From contig NC_043017.1 of the NCBI RefSeq assembly GCF_006345805.1, forward strand, positions 8,060,001 through 8,124,000: 64,000 nucleotides of DNA, written 5' to 3'. Position numbers and translations under genes: made by a program. Numbering within the stretch: the first letter of the stretch is position 1; every line of letters begins with the position of its first letter. Of the stretch, positions 1 through 13,479 are shown one piece after another. The stretch comes from Octopus sinensis. Lineage: Eukaryota. The notes below the pieces were generated by a model, which was not told the DNA's origin, did no database searches, and saw nothing but the letters and a program-made list of their open reading frames with translations.

Positions 1-1385
1 TCATTATTATGATGATTATCAAGCTTTGTCATGTTGCCAAAGACTGATTGGTATACCAAAAGCTAACCAGTTTTTCTCAGTATTTATATCATATAAGAAA
101 TCAATATTGGTTTCTTTTGTATGTGTCCAATGTGTTATAGAGAGAGGACACAAGATATTGTAATTTTCTTCCTTTCTCTCACTAGTCATGGCAGACCTGA
201 AAAAAGAGCCATGGGTACTACTGTTTTACCTGTTTCCAACTCATCAGTCATACCTTAGACTCAGTTTACAAGGCATTTATTTCTTTAACTACAATATGCT
301 AGGAGGCTAAAAAAGCTCACCCCATAATTACGCGGTTATATATTTGATCCCACTGTGTGACATCTTGACCGAGTGTCTTCTATCATAGGTTTGAGACAAC
401 CAGAGCCTTGTGAGTGAAATTTGGCAATCAGAAATTATATGGAAATCCATAGGAGAGGGAGACCACTCCTGTTCTTAGGTGACAGACATAATCTGTCACC
501 TAGTTTGATACCACCACCTAGCCCTTGGATGCTTTTAACAGAGTCCACTCTTTTGCAGGTCTCTGATATGAAGATAACTTTATCCCTTCTTCCCACAAGT
601 CTTGGAAGACCTGCAACAAGGTCTTGGATGCAGCACTTCTTCCTCCAGCTAAATTATTTTAAAGAAATGATGCTAAGAACTCAAAATGTAAAGTTGGTGA
701 TGGAATAGCAGACATGATAGAACAATCAGATTTATTGCTAGACAGTTTTATTTAGTTCTGTACTGATACTGCCTTAGATCAAATACTCCTAGGAGTCAAC
801 TTTTAACTCTTTCAGGGTCAATAAAATAAGTAACTGTTATATGTTACTAGGATTCAGTAATTTAACTGTATCTTTCCTTTAAATTTTGTTATCTTGTGTC
901 AATATAAGAGAATCAATTGTAAAAGTAGGTAAATTTTAGCATGGTGAACAGCAGTGAGCTAAATTTATGACAAAGTTTTGGTTCTTGTTGCAATTTCCCT
1001 TTCACTAAGGGAATTACTGATGCAAACAAAAAGACCCTATTCATAATCCAACCTCAGAAAATTAAAAATTTTAAGATCTGTGATATCATAATCAGATCAC
1101 AATCAGCCTGAAACAAATTACAAAAATTCTGATATTATAATCAGAATCTTTGATATGGTAGAATCAATTATTTAACTTTTTTTGATGGTCATCATAAGTA
1201 TTCTAAAATGAAAACCATTGTAAGCAGTGTATAGCTGCTGCTGGTGCTACTACTACTAGCAGGGTTACATTTAATTAGCATCCACCACCCATTCTTCTAA
1301 GCATTCTGAAGAAATATTTATCCCAATATTAACTCAAAAGTTAATACATAAAAATATTTTTCCCTAGATACAAATAGTTAGTATT

Positions 1386-1570
1386 TGAAAGCATTTTTGC
1401 ATCATTAGCTTTCGCTTTTACCATAATCACTACTATATAGCCAGATATACTAACTATTATATCCATTAATATCTGAAAGCATTTTGCATCGTTAACTATC
1501 TATCTGTTCTCACTGCAATCACTACCATACTGCCAGCTATACTAACTACTATATCTATTAATATCTGAAA
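1386..1570 (+). repeat. Diverged ~90-bp tandem duplication
   Basis: tgaaagcattttgcatc...ccattaatatc occurs twice, followed by a third tgaaag start. Confidence 0.75.
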
Positions 1571-3485
1571 GAAATTCTGTAACTATTTCTATTGCTTTTA
1601 TCACTTTCTGTGGAACTGATAATTTTTTATTGACCTGTAATCTGTCTAGTGTATAACACTGATAAGAGCTTGGGTCATGCATTTAAAATCTAAGTAACTT
1701 GTTAAAAGGGTAATTTTTGAAAAAAATCAACTATTTTGATTAACAATCATTAATGAAAATATATATACTTTGTAGCTTGAAAAGTGTCTAAGTTGTCAGA
1801 GTGGAGATTCAAACAAACATGAAAAAACAGCACAAAAACAAACAGCAGCTAAATTTTTGTAGTTGGAGATATCTGTGGCAATGATGGTACTACTCAGTCA
1901 TATAAATCCACCCTTTCACAGTACACAATTGCTAGAAGAATTACACAACGGATACTAAAATATACAAGTATTCTTAGTGCTAATCAATTGTGAGTAAAAG
2001 CTTTATCTGATACCACCAATATACCAGAGCAACCAAAATATATGCAAGAACATTCACACTTTGTATTGTGTACATTCAGGAATTCCTCTACTCAGCAATA
2101 ACAACAACAAAAGACAATTAATTGCCATAAATTGGAAACCAAAAGATAAAGAAATAGAGGTAATTTCAGGGTTGTAAATTCCTGAAACCTGCTTTAACCC
2201 AATGTTGCAAAAATAACATTCCAGAACAGACTCAAGTCTAGGCAAGACTACAGATTCACTATGTACCTATACATCCCACCTCTCACCAATCAAGCTTAAT
2301 GGCTTCTGACACTACTAATAGAAAGAGGATTACAACTAGCATACTAACACAGTACCAAACTAAAATAGTACATCAAATGCAAAATTGATTTTTTACCTAG
2401 GAATAACACTTTATATTTATAGAGAAGAAAAATTAGATGTGATATTCATAAATGTCCTAAAATCATTAACATCATTAAAAAATGCCTTAAATTGGTATTT
2501 AAAACTAGAGTTGACTCAAATTTATTGTGAGTCTACTTTTACCTTTTTTATGCTTTTGGGTGCTCCTCACTATACAATATATAGTATAATATTTGATGTT
2601 TGTATGGTGATAGTATAGGAGACAATGTCACTCTAAATACTTAATGTAATGTAGTACTAACATATTAATGCAGTGAGTAAAAGATAACATTAGGCTATGT
2701 ATCAATACCATTTTAACTATTTTTGCAAGTATGGCAAACTCTCCATACACGTTTTGATATTATTAGACCTCTTCAGTGTAGTATAGACTTTACTGTACTT
2801 GCCAAAGAAGAATCAAGAGAATCACTAAATTGATATACAATACTGTAAATAAGTAAGGTGTGAAAGATTAGCACATTGAAAACAAAATGTTGTATATAAT
2901 TGGATTTTTTGATGCTTGCATATCATATATGTTAACTATTGCTTTTCAGACATATGACATCTCTTGCAATCAAACTGATTTATTTTTTTAAAACGTGCTA
3001 ATTTTCATGCTTACTCATTTACAGTCATGTACATTTATTTAGTGAATATCTTGTTACTATCTCGTTACTACTCTATTAACTACAATGAAATCTGTTTCAA
3101 TTGAGAAGGTAATAAGAGCAAAACTTGTCTGGATTTGTCTCATGTATGTTGAAATTATTAAAATAACAATTCTTGAGCTAAACCTAATGTTACCCCAACA
3201 TATAATAATTTCTAATTATATCTATGATGTTCATTACAATCAACATGCTAACACAAGCTTAACCATTTTTGTCAAGTGGATGGTATCTCTTAGTAATTAG
3301 CTTTGGTGATTTATTAAGCTCAGTTTCTTACATCTTTGAATTCACATCATAATAAAATACATGACAGCAATTTCCCTACATTATATCACAGCACTAAAGA
3401 ATAGCCACATTAAGTATGATATGGCGAGATGAACCAAGTCCATAGCCCATGTATGATACCAGATTAGAACAGCTTTACTTATTAC

Positions 3486-3552
3486 CTTTTCTTCTGAAAG
3501 GTCGTTTCCAATCTCTGTACAAGTGCAAAGTTTCAGGGTAATGTAAGAAATC
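3486..3552 (-). other. Candidate 67-nt internal exon of the minus-strand gene
   Basis: ttttcatataag| ... AAG|gtaata; two frames open; phase-compatible with the 11714 donor. Confidence 0.4.
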
Positions 3553-4357
3553 CTTATATGAAAATGAAGATGAATACAAATTAAATCAAAAGAAAGGGAT
3601 TTCATCAGTTATTTTCTCACTATAGTCACTACTGACTGAGTTGATTTATATCCCATTAGTGGAGTTGTGACTTTTGAACAAAGTCACCTAACTCACAATA
3701 GCTCAAAAAAACATAGAATCCCAAGAGACAAGTGATGGACTATATAAACAAGCACAAAGTATAAAAAGCTCACATTTTGCTAAGAAGAAGAGAAGAAATC
3801 TAACATTTCAAGCAGAACACTTCGCAGAGGGAGATAGAAGTGTATACTGATAATGTTGAATAAATATTGCTGCATTTTGTAAGAGTCATATTAAAGCTTA
3901 AAAATCAGTGTATGTGTGTGTTTAAATATCTCTTTCAAAATACAGGAATCTCTGCATTATGGCTATCTCAGGTTACAGGATTTGCATTGGCATAAATTGT
4001 AAATTATGACCACTAATTTTCAAATATAGTCTGAATTTTGCTCTTTTGGATGAATTTTAAGAATTTAAAAATTACTCTTTCTTCTTAGCCAAAGCTCGGC
4101 TTCTTAGCATTTTAGCCAAGATCAAAGGAGTTAGCAATTTGAAGAACTTTAATCATGATACATACACACAAATATGCTTATATATTGTGTGTTTGTGAGC
4201 GTAAGTGTTTGTGTATGCATCACTATGAGCACTTATGAAGTGTGAGGTGAAATTTTTCATTGGATTTTTGTATGTATGTTTATGTATATTTTCTTGGGTT
4301 ACAACAAGTATCTATCTATCTATCTATCTATCTATCAATAGATAGATAGGTAGATAG

Positions 4358-4390
<33 letters not shown>

Positions 4391-4499
4391 TAGATAGATA
4401 GATATCATGCTTGCAAATGATAACACAATCCAGCAAGTGCCAGACTTTAGACCTCAGATACATCCATGTTGTGTGACAACCTTTGTGCATAATGTTAGT

Positions 4500-4870
4500 G
4501 CTTGCAATGTAAAGACCATACTCCTCAATGCTCTAGGACCGTGAGACTATAGCTACTGTTATTCATCTTCCTAAAAGAGTTCCATGTTTGCCAATCTTTT
4601 CCAACCATGACACTGAAATCCCTGTTGAAGGCAATGCTTATCATCACCACCAATGGAGGAAACAAGTAAAGGAAGGAGAAGATATTTTCATAAAACATGA
4701 ACTTTTTTTGCACCACAAGTGTAGTGAACTGAGGAAGCTTGGCCTGCATATTTGCAGACATGTATGTTTATCACTAGCTGGGACCATTACTACCCAGCAG
4801 AGCCACATCTGTAAAGCATAAATTTGTCTGAGTGCACAATGTTCATAATGGTCAATGATAGTCTTCCTTG
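4500..4870 (-). mobile_element. Highly decayed LINE (RTE-like) RT C-terminal remnant
   Basis: LPQFTTLVVQKKFMFY...WQTW resembles the RTE post-RT motif; weak. Confidence 0.35.
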
Positions 4871-4945
4871 GTCTTGAGTGGATAATCATCATATATTTAT
4901 GTACATAAATTTACCTTCATTGTCACCAATATCTATCATCTACAC

Positions 4946-5473
4946 CGAAGGTGGGGAAACTCCTGCCCGCGGGCCCAATTGCACCTGCGAGCCCATTTTA
5001 TTGTGCCCACAGGCTGATATACTCATATGTATAAAATATAGTAAATTTTTCACTTATAAAATTTATACAATATTCATATGCCTATTTGTGACATAAGTCA
5101 TGTTTCCACTATGACTTAAAGTGGTCAGACTCAAATAGAAATTGTCAAGTAATTGCCATTTGAATGGAAATTTTGTTTTCACTATAAAACACATACTGCT
5201 AGGTTTGTACCACCCCGCTGAGACCCAACTACACTCTAGCTAAAAAATATAGAATACTTAAGGTAATATAAATGTCTTAAATTCAGTAGTGGCGTTAATG
5301 AAGATGTTATCATCATCATCGTTTAATGTCCATTTTCCATGCTGGCATTGGTTGGACGGTTTGAGATATATACAAGATTTACACAGATATAAGAGTTAAA
5401 ACTTGTGATCTGCCTGTGGACCTTTTTCTTAGAAAATGTTTGCCTGCCACACTAAAAAGTTTCCCCACCTCAA
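4946..5473. mobile_element. hAT/Charlie-like MITE
   Basis: TIRs aggtggggaaact ... agtttccccacct; subterminal gcccgcgggccc typical of Charlie-type MITEs. Confidence 0.7.
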
Positions 5474-6169
5474 CATAACCAGTATCAAGGCCAAAATTAA
5501 TACAACCACTCCTTAATGATCAACAGTAATAAAAGTATGAATGATATAAGCAACCCTATCTAAACTTAAAAACAGACAATCCCCTGAGATAATGTACTTT
5601 AGTGTATTTTCAATGCTGAATGGAACATCTGGCCTTAAGTCAATGGAAATTGACTTGAGACTAAATATCAACAATACAATTAACAAGAACAATATAACCC
5701 CCACCACCAACAACAGTAACCCCACCATCATTGAGCCAATTCAACCATCACCACCATCACAACTACCAACCTTTCAAATAACCAATAGGCAACAACACAA
5801 AAAAATATTGTCAGCATGATAGCAATGTCTATATCTACATATGTTAATATGTTATATCTCAACACAATGGTGTGTGTGTGTGCATGCATGCGCATGTGTG
5901 TGTGTGTATGAGAGTGTGTGAGATTTTATGGCTTAAGTCAGATGTGCTGGGGGTGAAGTGTCCATGAACCTGGCAACTCATCAACTAACTATAATCATAT
6001 AGTACTTCCACACCTCATTCTATGAGCCTTTCATTTTCTCAATTCCATTTTTACATCTATAGAAATAAGTTTATCATATTTGTTTTCATATAACACTTCT
6101 TTTCAGGTACTCATATTTGTTGTAGATAATTGTGGATCACAGTCACTTTTGGATTTACTTACAGTTCAA

Positions 6170-7750
6170 GATGTGTGGAAAGAAGGCATCAAATGGAACT
6201 AAAAGAAGTAGTACAAAAGGGAATTGTAAAAGGATCATACAGGATCAAAATCTTGTTTTAAAAGGCTTGATGCAGGATAAAAAATCATCCATATTGACAA
6301 AAGATTAAACTTGAAACATCTACAGTGGAAACAGTATGTGATAATAAAGAAAAAACTGAGTGCTCAAGAAGTTACTCTGTTAACTGTTCAGACCTTATTT
6401 TTTCATAGATCTGTGATGCTTAAAGTGGAATAGCTCTTCATTTTATGGATTGAGGATCAGATTTGGTACATTGTACCAATAAGCACAATGGTTATTAAAC
6501 AAAATCCAAAAGTTTGTATGACAATTTGCAGAAAAAGGAAGGTGAAACTTCTAATGAAAAATCTTTTCTAACTAGTAAAAGCTAATTTGAAAAGTTTAAG
6601 AAGTGCTTGAATTTACACATTATAAAAATGACTGGTGAAACTGCCAGTGCTGACACAAAGGCTGCAACTTATTATCCTGAGTAGCTGGAAAAATGTAATT
6701 GCAGAAGGGGACAACACACCAGAGCAAATATACAACTTTGATGAAACTGCATTTTTATAGAGTTCATGCCTGATAGAACTTCATTTCTCAAGAAGGAAAC
6801 TGACACTTCTGGGAGAAATTGCCACTGGTGATATAAAATGAAAGTCCCTACTCCTATGTCATTCCAAAAATCAAAGGGTTTCCCAAGGTTACAAGTTTAA
6901 TTTGCCTGATCTGGAGTTTAAATAAGAAGGCATGGATGACAAAGAGGGTTTTCAAAAAGCAGTTTACTAATATATTTTTGTTCAGATGTGATATTTCTAA
7001 CAAAATATTGCTCATTTTCCAACAAAGCATTGTTCATTGTTCACAATACACTAAACCACCCAGTAAACTTAAATGAGCTTTCTGATAATTTGAGAGTAGA
7101 ATATATCCCTAGCAGTGTAACTTTGTTTGCTCCAGTCAGTGAATCAAGATTTGATGGTTAACTTCAAGGTATATTTGGGAAGAACTTTTAAACAACTTAT
7201 GAAAGCCATTGACGGGGAGGATAAACCTACCATTAAAGACATTGGGAAGAAGTTCAATATAATGGATGCTGTGGAAAACATAGCTGAGTTATGAGAAGTG
7301 AAATCCTTAACTTTGAATGATACTTGGAAAAATATATTTGACCAGACTGTATCTGCATTTCTTAGAAGTTTTCTGCAAGCAGAATGTTTGCGTTAAATTC
7401 AGAAAGGTATTCAAACATTTGCAACTCTTGTAGGGTTTGAAGAAACCAGAAGATGCTGTGGTTGAGTTGCTAGTATCCCATAGGGAAAGTTTGTCTAATA
7501 TAGACCTGATGCCATTAGAACAAGAGCGAGCTGAGAAGATGAGAATATGGAAATTCCACCAATTCCGTTTAAATTATTTACCAAGAATATTGCTAAAGAG
7601 TTGGCACTTATACAGGAAGGTTCTGCAAGATTCTCTGACAATAACCCTACTCATGAACACAGCCTAAAAATTACAAGGGGAGTTTACAATGAGCTCAGTT
7701 CCTACACTGAATTGCCATAAAGATCAAGCAATTTAAGACAAGTTCTTCAG
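6170..7750 (+). mobile_element. Decayed pogo/Tigger (CENP-B HTH + DDE_1) transposase
   Basis: FEKFKK.LNLH.IKMTGETASAD, PEQIYNFDETAF, KKAWMT, ALFIVHN...HP; many stops and frameshifts. Confidence 0.85.
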
Positions 7751-10376
7751 CCCCCAAGCAGATATTGATGATGATGAACTATATGATAGAAGAAAGTGTC
7801 ACTCATCCTCCCAGTAATTCTCATTCCAGCATCACACAATAGTCATTAATTTTTGTGGTAAGAATGTAACCTATTAGTAGCAGTCGCATGGGGGCATGTG
7901 CTGTAACAGTGCATTGCTGCATCCACCATTTGTTGATGATTCCCTCTCTTCACACCACTCAGGCAACAACCCTCCAACCCATGTGTCTCTTTGGGTAGTC
8001 ATTAATGAGGGTTTTTACGAGGTCAGAGTGCAAACCTTACTTCAACCATTTTTAGTTGCCTTTTATGATGCACAGAAGAAATGTGTCTATTCTTTGACAT
8101 GATGATACCCACATAGCACTAGAGCAACTTGAAATGAAGTATTTTGCTCAAGGACACAACATGCCACCTGACCTGGGAACTGAACCCACAATCTGGCAAT
8201 CATGACTGCAACACCCTAACCACTCAGTCATACACCTAATGGTTATGATATTGCATTATTCCCGTAGATACTTCCTATCAAATATTTTTATATATACACA
8301 CAATACCATGTATGATTTGAAATTGTTATTTTCATGTATAAAAGTGATAGTGTTGTTTGTTTTCTGGTGTTGTTTCAAATCCATCAGAAATTGTTAAACA
8401 TGAAAATCAATGGAAAAATTAATTTTGCATTGCAGTAACTTTTTCAGGAACACACCACTTTGATAATGTGGGGTATTCCTGAATAGCAATATTGGTTTCA
8501 ACACATGGTTTCAGATCCCAATCCTTGTAAAACAAATTCAAAAATGTTGAATAAATAGCCATCTAACAGTAAATAGCTATTTCATTAATGCTCAAGCAAT
8601 AAATTTGCTTCTACAAGGTCCAAGTTTACTTAGATACCAGGAATAGGAACAACTCTAGTGCCACTGATACCACAATGACCAGTAGAAAGAAGGTAAAGAT
8701 GCCAGTTCAAATCCTGGATTAGTACAACAACATTATAATTTTTAAATATGCATACTCACAAACTATAAGGAATCACACTATACATTGCAAGTTTTATTTT
8801 CTTCTAATTGTTTAGTCAGAAGAGAAAAGGCAGCACCCATGACATTTTCAAGGCCTCTTATACTGGTGAAATATGTTATCCTCAGACTGGCAATCTAACC
8901 TGAATACTAGCAACAAAGTACTACTGCTAAAAATACCCAAGATCCAGGTGATGATGTTAAAACATGATGACAGATTTACTTTACCACCCCAAAAGAAGAA
9001 CGGATGGACTCTCAATGAACTTCCAAGCTGTTTCTATTTACCAAATTTTGTTATCTCAAGAAGACACTTGCCCAAAGTAGAATTGAATATGAACACACAT
9101 AATTGCAATGTTCTAAATCACATATCATGCCTTTACTCAGAAAAGAGTTAATTTCAAGATGTCTTATCACACAGAATGCTGTATAGTGTTACAATTGGTT
9201 GAGAGTTAAACAAAATGCTTTTTAGTATTGAGTCATATCTCCTTGAGTTCAAATCCACCAAGAGTAACTTTGCTTCTCATTCCTCCAAGCTTGATAAAAT
9301 ATATACCAATCAAGTACTAGGATCAATCTAATTGACCAAAATACATGGCCTTTTGCCAAGGTTAAAAATCTCATTAAATAGAATATCATGGTTGGAATAG
9401 TGATGGTGGAGGTGGTGGTGTTGGTGGTGGTGATGATGATATGTCAGTAGTAGCAGTGGTAGTAGCAGAGATTATACCAACAGAACTGAAATTTTAGAGG
9501 GAATGATGGAAAAGATCATGATAATGATGGTGATGAAGACAGTAATGTGGGTGTTAAGTGGTAGCAGCAGGAATTGAATAAAGTAATCTAAAATATCCAA
9601 AGGTGACAACATACTTCAAAAGATTTGGTTTCTAGTGCCATCAATTAAAATATAAAAGGAACTTGCCTAAGAAATGGCTTTATATTAGATCATAGAAGAT
9701 AAAATAAAATCAAAAGAATTATCAAAAGAATATAAATTCAGCAGCCATATAGATCAATTACTGAAAGGTAAATGGAGTCAATGATGAAACTAAACCAATT
9801 CTCCAATTTCTCTGATAAGGAACAGAAAAGGAATGTATATGCATAGGCATATGCTTGTACACATTTTCACATGTGTGTATATGTATGCATGTAGTTTAAT
9901 ATGTGTTATCATAGGTTCTTATATAAATATGTAGAATTTGATAAGTGTTTGTGTGTATATATAAAATGAAATGTTTAGCTATAACATGAAATCCACATTG
10001 ATCCTTACACATGTGTAGAGTATGACATATGAATATGTGTATGAACATTGACTATATTATTAGACTCCTACTATAAATTTCTGTTGGAAATAGCAAGATA
10101 CTGAGGATCCAAAATTCACGTCCCAGGACAAAATTGGAAATCAATTAAGTAATGAGGCCATAAAATTGACTAGACCATTGAAGGGCAACACCTAACCATG
10201 GCTGCAATATAATAGTTGAAGCCATTACAGGAATAAAAAAAAGGTGTGTATGAGTGGAGTGTGCATGTGTGTTTCTGCTGGTAAACTACATGTCATCAAT
10301 GTAGTTGCCGCTAAATTGTCATTACATAGGTTGCTATTCCACCATACTCCAATCCATTTCAACTGTAGTTTTTGTT

Positions 10377-10379
<3 letters not shown>

Positions 10380-10425
<46 letters not shown>

Positions 10426-10449
10426 TTGAGAGAGAGAGAAGGGAGACAA

Positions 10450-10498
<49 letters not shown>
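10380..10498. repeat. (TG)n(GA)n compound microsatellite
   Basis: Seen directly. Confidence 0.97.
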
Positions 10499-10501
<3 letters not shown>

Positions 10502-11221
10502 GGGACAGATAGAGAGGAAGAGATAAAGAGAGCTAAAATGAGAAATGAGAAACAGGCTGGAACAGGTCAGAACATGTCTTGGAAGGAAGGTTTGTAAAAT
10601 GTACTTCTTCAGAGTGAACCAGCTACAAACCCTCCAGTACTGCTTTTCGTTAGACAGAGGAATACTTCTGCCATGAATTCGCCCCAGCTGAATCTCACAT
10701 CACTCTAACTGTGATCAGAATTGTCAACAGGTAAAAAAGACAGAAAAACCTTTATTTTCTCTTTGTCACTCTACCATTGGCTGGCTGATCACTTCATTTA
10801 TACCATACGATGTCCACGTACATATTCATTAGTTTAGTCTAACACAACATGCATAGTGAGTGTGTTTACTGTGTGACATCGATTGATCTCTACAATGATA
10901 AAGATTTGTCTGTGTATGTATATGCATGAGAAAAGGAGAGAGAGAGAATGTGTGTGGGTGTGGAGTGCGTGCATGCGCGCACGTGTGTATGTGAATATGT
11001 ACGTACATGTGAGTACGTGCGTGCGTGTAGTATGTGAGTGTTATTAGCTTCCTCAGTCAGAACTTCATGTTTTCAAGTATTCAAAGAGTTGAATAATCAG
11101 ACACTGGAAACTCTCAAAGTTACGAATCAAGAATCTTCGGTTTCTAAATGAAATATACACACCCCACTTTATGAACTGAAATAGCCTCCCCACCTATTTG
11201 TACACACATGTACACCAATCC

Positions 11222-11222
11222 A

Positions 11223-11269
<47 letters not shown>

Positions 11270-11470
11270 ATATATATATATATTATATATATATATATAA
11301 TATATATATATATTATATATATATATATATACATACATACATACATACATACATACATACATACATACATACATACATACATACATACATGTATACATAC
11401 ATACATATATGCATACATGCATGTATACATACATACATATATCCATACATGCGTGCATGCATGTGTGTAC
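11222..11470. repeat. (TATC)n(TA)n(TACA)n compound microsatellite
   Basis: Seen directly. Confidence 0.97.
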
Positions 11471-11579
11471 AATTACAAATATTTATTTGTATTTGTGAAT
11501 ATATATATATCATTATAAGCATATGTAGCACCTATGTGATTTTGTTAAAAGCTACGTTTAACTTAACATTCTTATTGTA

Positions 11580-12830
11580 GATCGTTACGAAAGTGCAACC
11601 TCGTTTATTTTGCTTTTGTGATGTCGGGAGAAGTCGCGTTAGCATTGAGGGTTTCATTATTTTGTTCACTTCATATTAATTGCCTCTAAGTCGAGCATGC
11701 TACGAATCCTTACCTCATGAACTGCAACGGCCACATCTTCACCACCTTCTTAATTTTGTCACATTGTGCCGAAAAAAAAAAAAAAGAAAGCAAGAGAATA
11801 TTATTTGTTATTTTGCTCGGTTATTCTGCAATTGAGACATACTTGTCAGGTACTTATTTTAATTACTCTCGGAAAAATGAAAGGCAAAGTCGATCCCGGC
11901 AGAATCTGAACTCAGAATGTTCAAATCTCACCTAGGTTGACCTTAGTTTTTCAGCTTTCCGGGGTCCATAAAAGGAAGTACCAGTGAAGTACTGAAGTAA
12001 ATGTATTAGACTCTACTCCTCCAGAATTTGTAATCTTGTGTCTGCCACTCCAGTAGCAGACAAAATACCTTTCAGTATTTGGGGACATCCCTAGGCGTTC
12101 TGAGAACAAATTCCGCTGAAATCAACTTTGCTTTTGAGTCAAGTACTGAGGGGGTGATTCAATCGACTGTCACCTCCCTCATAAACTCGCACGTGCGCGT
12201 GTTTATGTTTATGTGACTATAGAGATGCATGCGTGCGCTGGATTCGTGAGAAGTGAGAAAGCGGTTTTATCTAAAATAAATAAAATAAAATAAGTGAAAA
12301 TAATAGCGGCTTATGATATAGGCACAAGGCCAGGGGTTAGTCGATACTATCGATCTGTCTTTGACAGGTACGAAAACACATATACAGATCGAAAAACGTG
12401 TGGAAAGAGATGAGGGCATGTGCGAAATAAATAAATATATTGTCAGCACTGAAGTTATCGATAAAATGGTACAAGATAAGGCAAACAATTTCCATTTTTT
12501 ATTTTCAAAGCAAAGGAGTGGGGATGGGGCTAATCGACAGTATATAAGTTGCTTTGACAACGATCTGCCGGAAGTTATAGGTTATTTCCGAGTTTAGAGC
12601 AATTTTTCCTATCTCTCTCTCTTTTCTCCCTCTCTCTTTCTTTCCCGCCCACCTCTCTCTCTTATTATTTTACACTTCAAAAATAATCATACTGTGGTTC
12701 AAATTATACAACTTTTCATCTCTCCGTCGGTCGATGAATATAAGTTTTGTCATCTTTCTATTCGCATCTCGGTGCTTTCGGTTTCTATTTTATAACCTTG
12801 ACTTTAAAAAAAAAATAGAGATGTGGAGAT
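11580..12830. promoter_or_regulatory. CpG-retaining promoter-like region, probably bidirectional (centriolin + divergent gene)
   Basis: CG dinucleotides are frequent here against CpG-depleted flanks; ETS motif CCGGAAGT at ~12568; YY1-like AAAATGG/CCATTTT; minus-strand donor at 11714. Confidence 0.6.
11714..11771 (-). other. Candidate first exon of an unidentified divergent minus-strand gene (5' end uncertain)
   Basis: Strong donor GAG|gtaagg at the edge of the CpG region; ATG at 11736 (MWPLQFM). Confidence 0.45.
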
Positions 12831-13479
12831 TGCCTTGAACCAATGCTAAAACAAAAAAGACCTTTACTTAACTCTGAAATGTCTGAAATGGCTCATGCTA
12901 CTCAACTGTAAATAAGTTAGAGACAAATTTACACTCTAAACCACAGAATCACTATTTTTGTTTAGCCCCAGATTAGTGCTGATTAAGGTGATACATGATC
13001 AAACACATTCCAGTCATGAACATATTGTATCATAGGCTATATTATTCAATATGCCATTTTTTAGATGTGATTTAAATAAGATTTGATTGCTATTTCTAGC
13101 GTCTTAAGTGACCATGTAGAGGTTCCCTCTTTGGTTTGGGATAAAAATGTTTCACATAGTAAAAGAGTTATTAAATTCTTTCATATACCTGCAAAAGATG
13201 AGATGTTGGAAAGGCTGCCATTGTGTGAGGGTAAATTTATATTGCTTGTGTTTATATTGCTATTTAATTAGTTGGAAATATGCTAAATGTTAAGGTGATT
13301 GATTATTGCGGTGTTGTCATTGGGAAACAAAATGATATTGGCTGCTTTTTGAATGAATTTGTTTCAATGTAGGTTAATAGTGATTAATGAGTGACTTTAG
13401 CTGGCAAATGTCTTAGATTGGTCTGGAAAATGTATATGATGAAGAAAGTATGTATCGTAGAATGTTTTGTTGAGAACAC

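Noticed and set aside
100-200. Minus-strand acceptor + gccATG (MTSERKERK...)
   Set aside because: The frame stops after 29 codons with no convincing donor; unsupported.
5513-5731. Hydrophobic signal-anchor-like ORF
   Set aside because: Derived from degenerate (CAA/CCA)n low-complexity sequence; no splice or homology support.
11198-11580. ORFs rich in YI/HTYI/MYVC (also at 40.4, 44.0, 55.2 and 60.1 kb)
   Set aside because: Translations of microsatellites.
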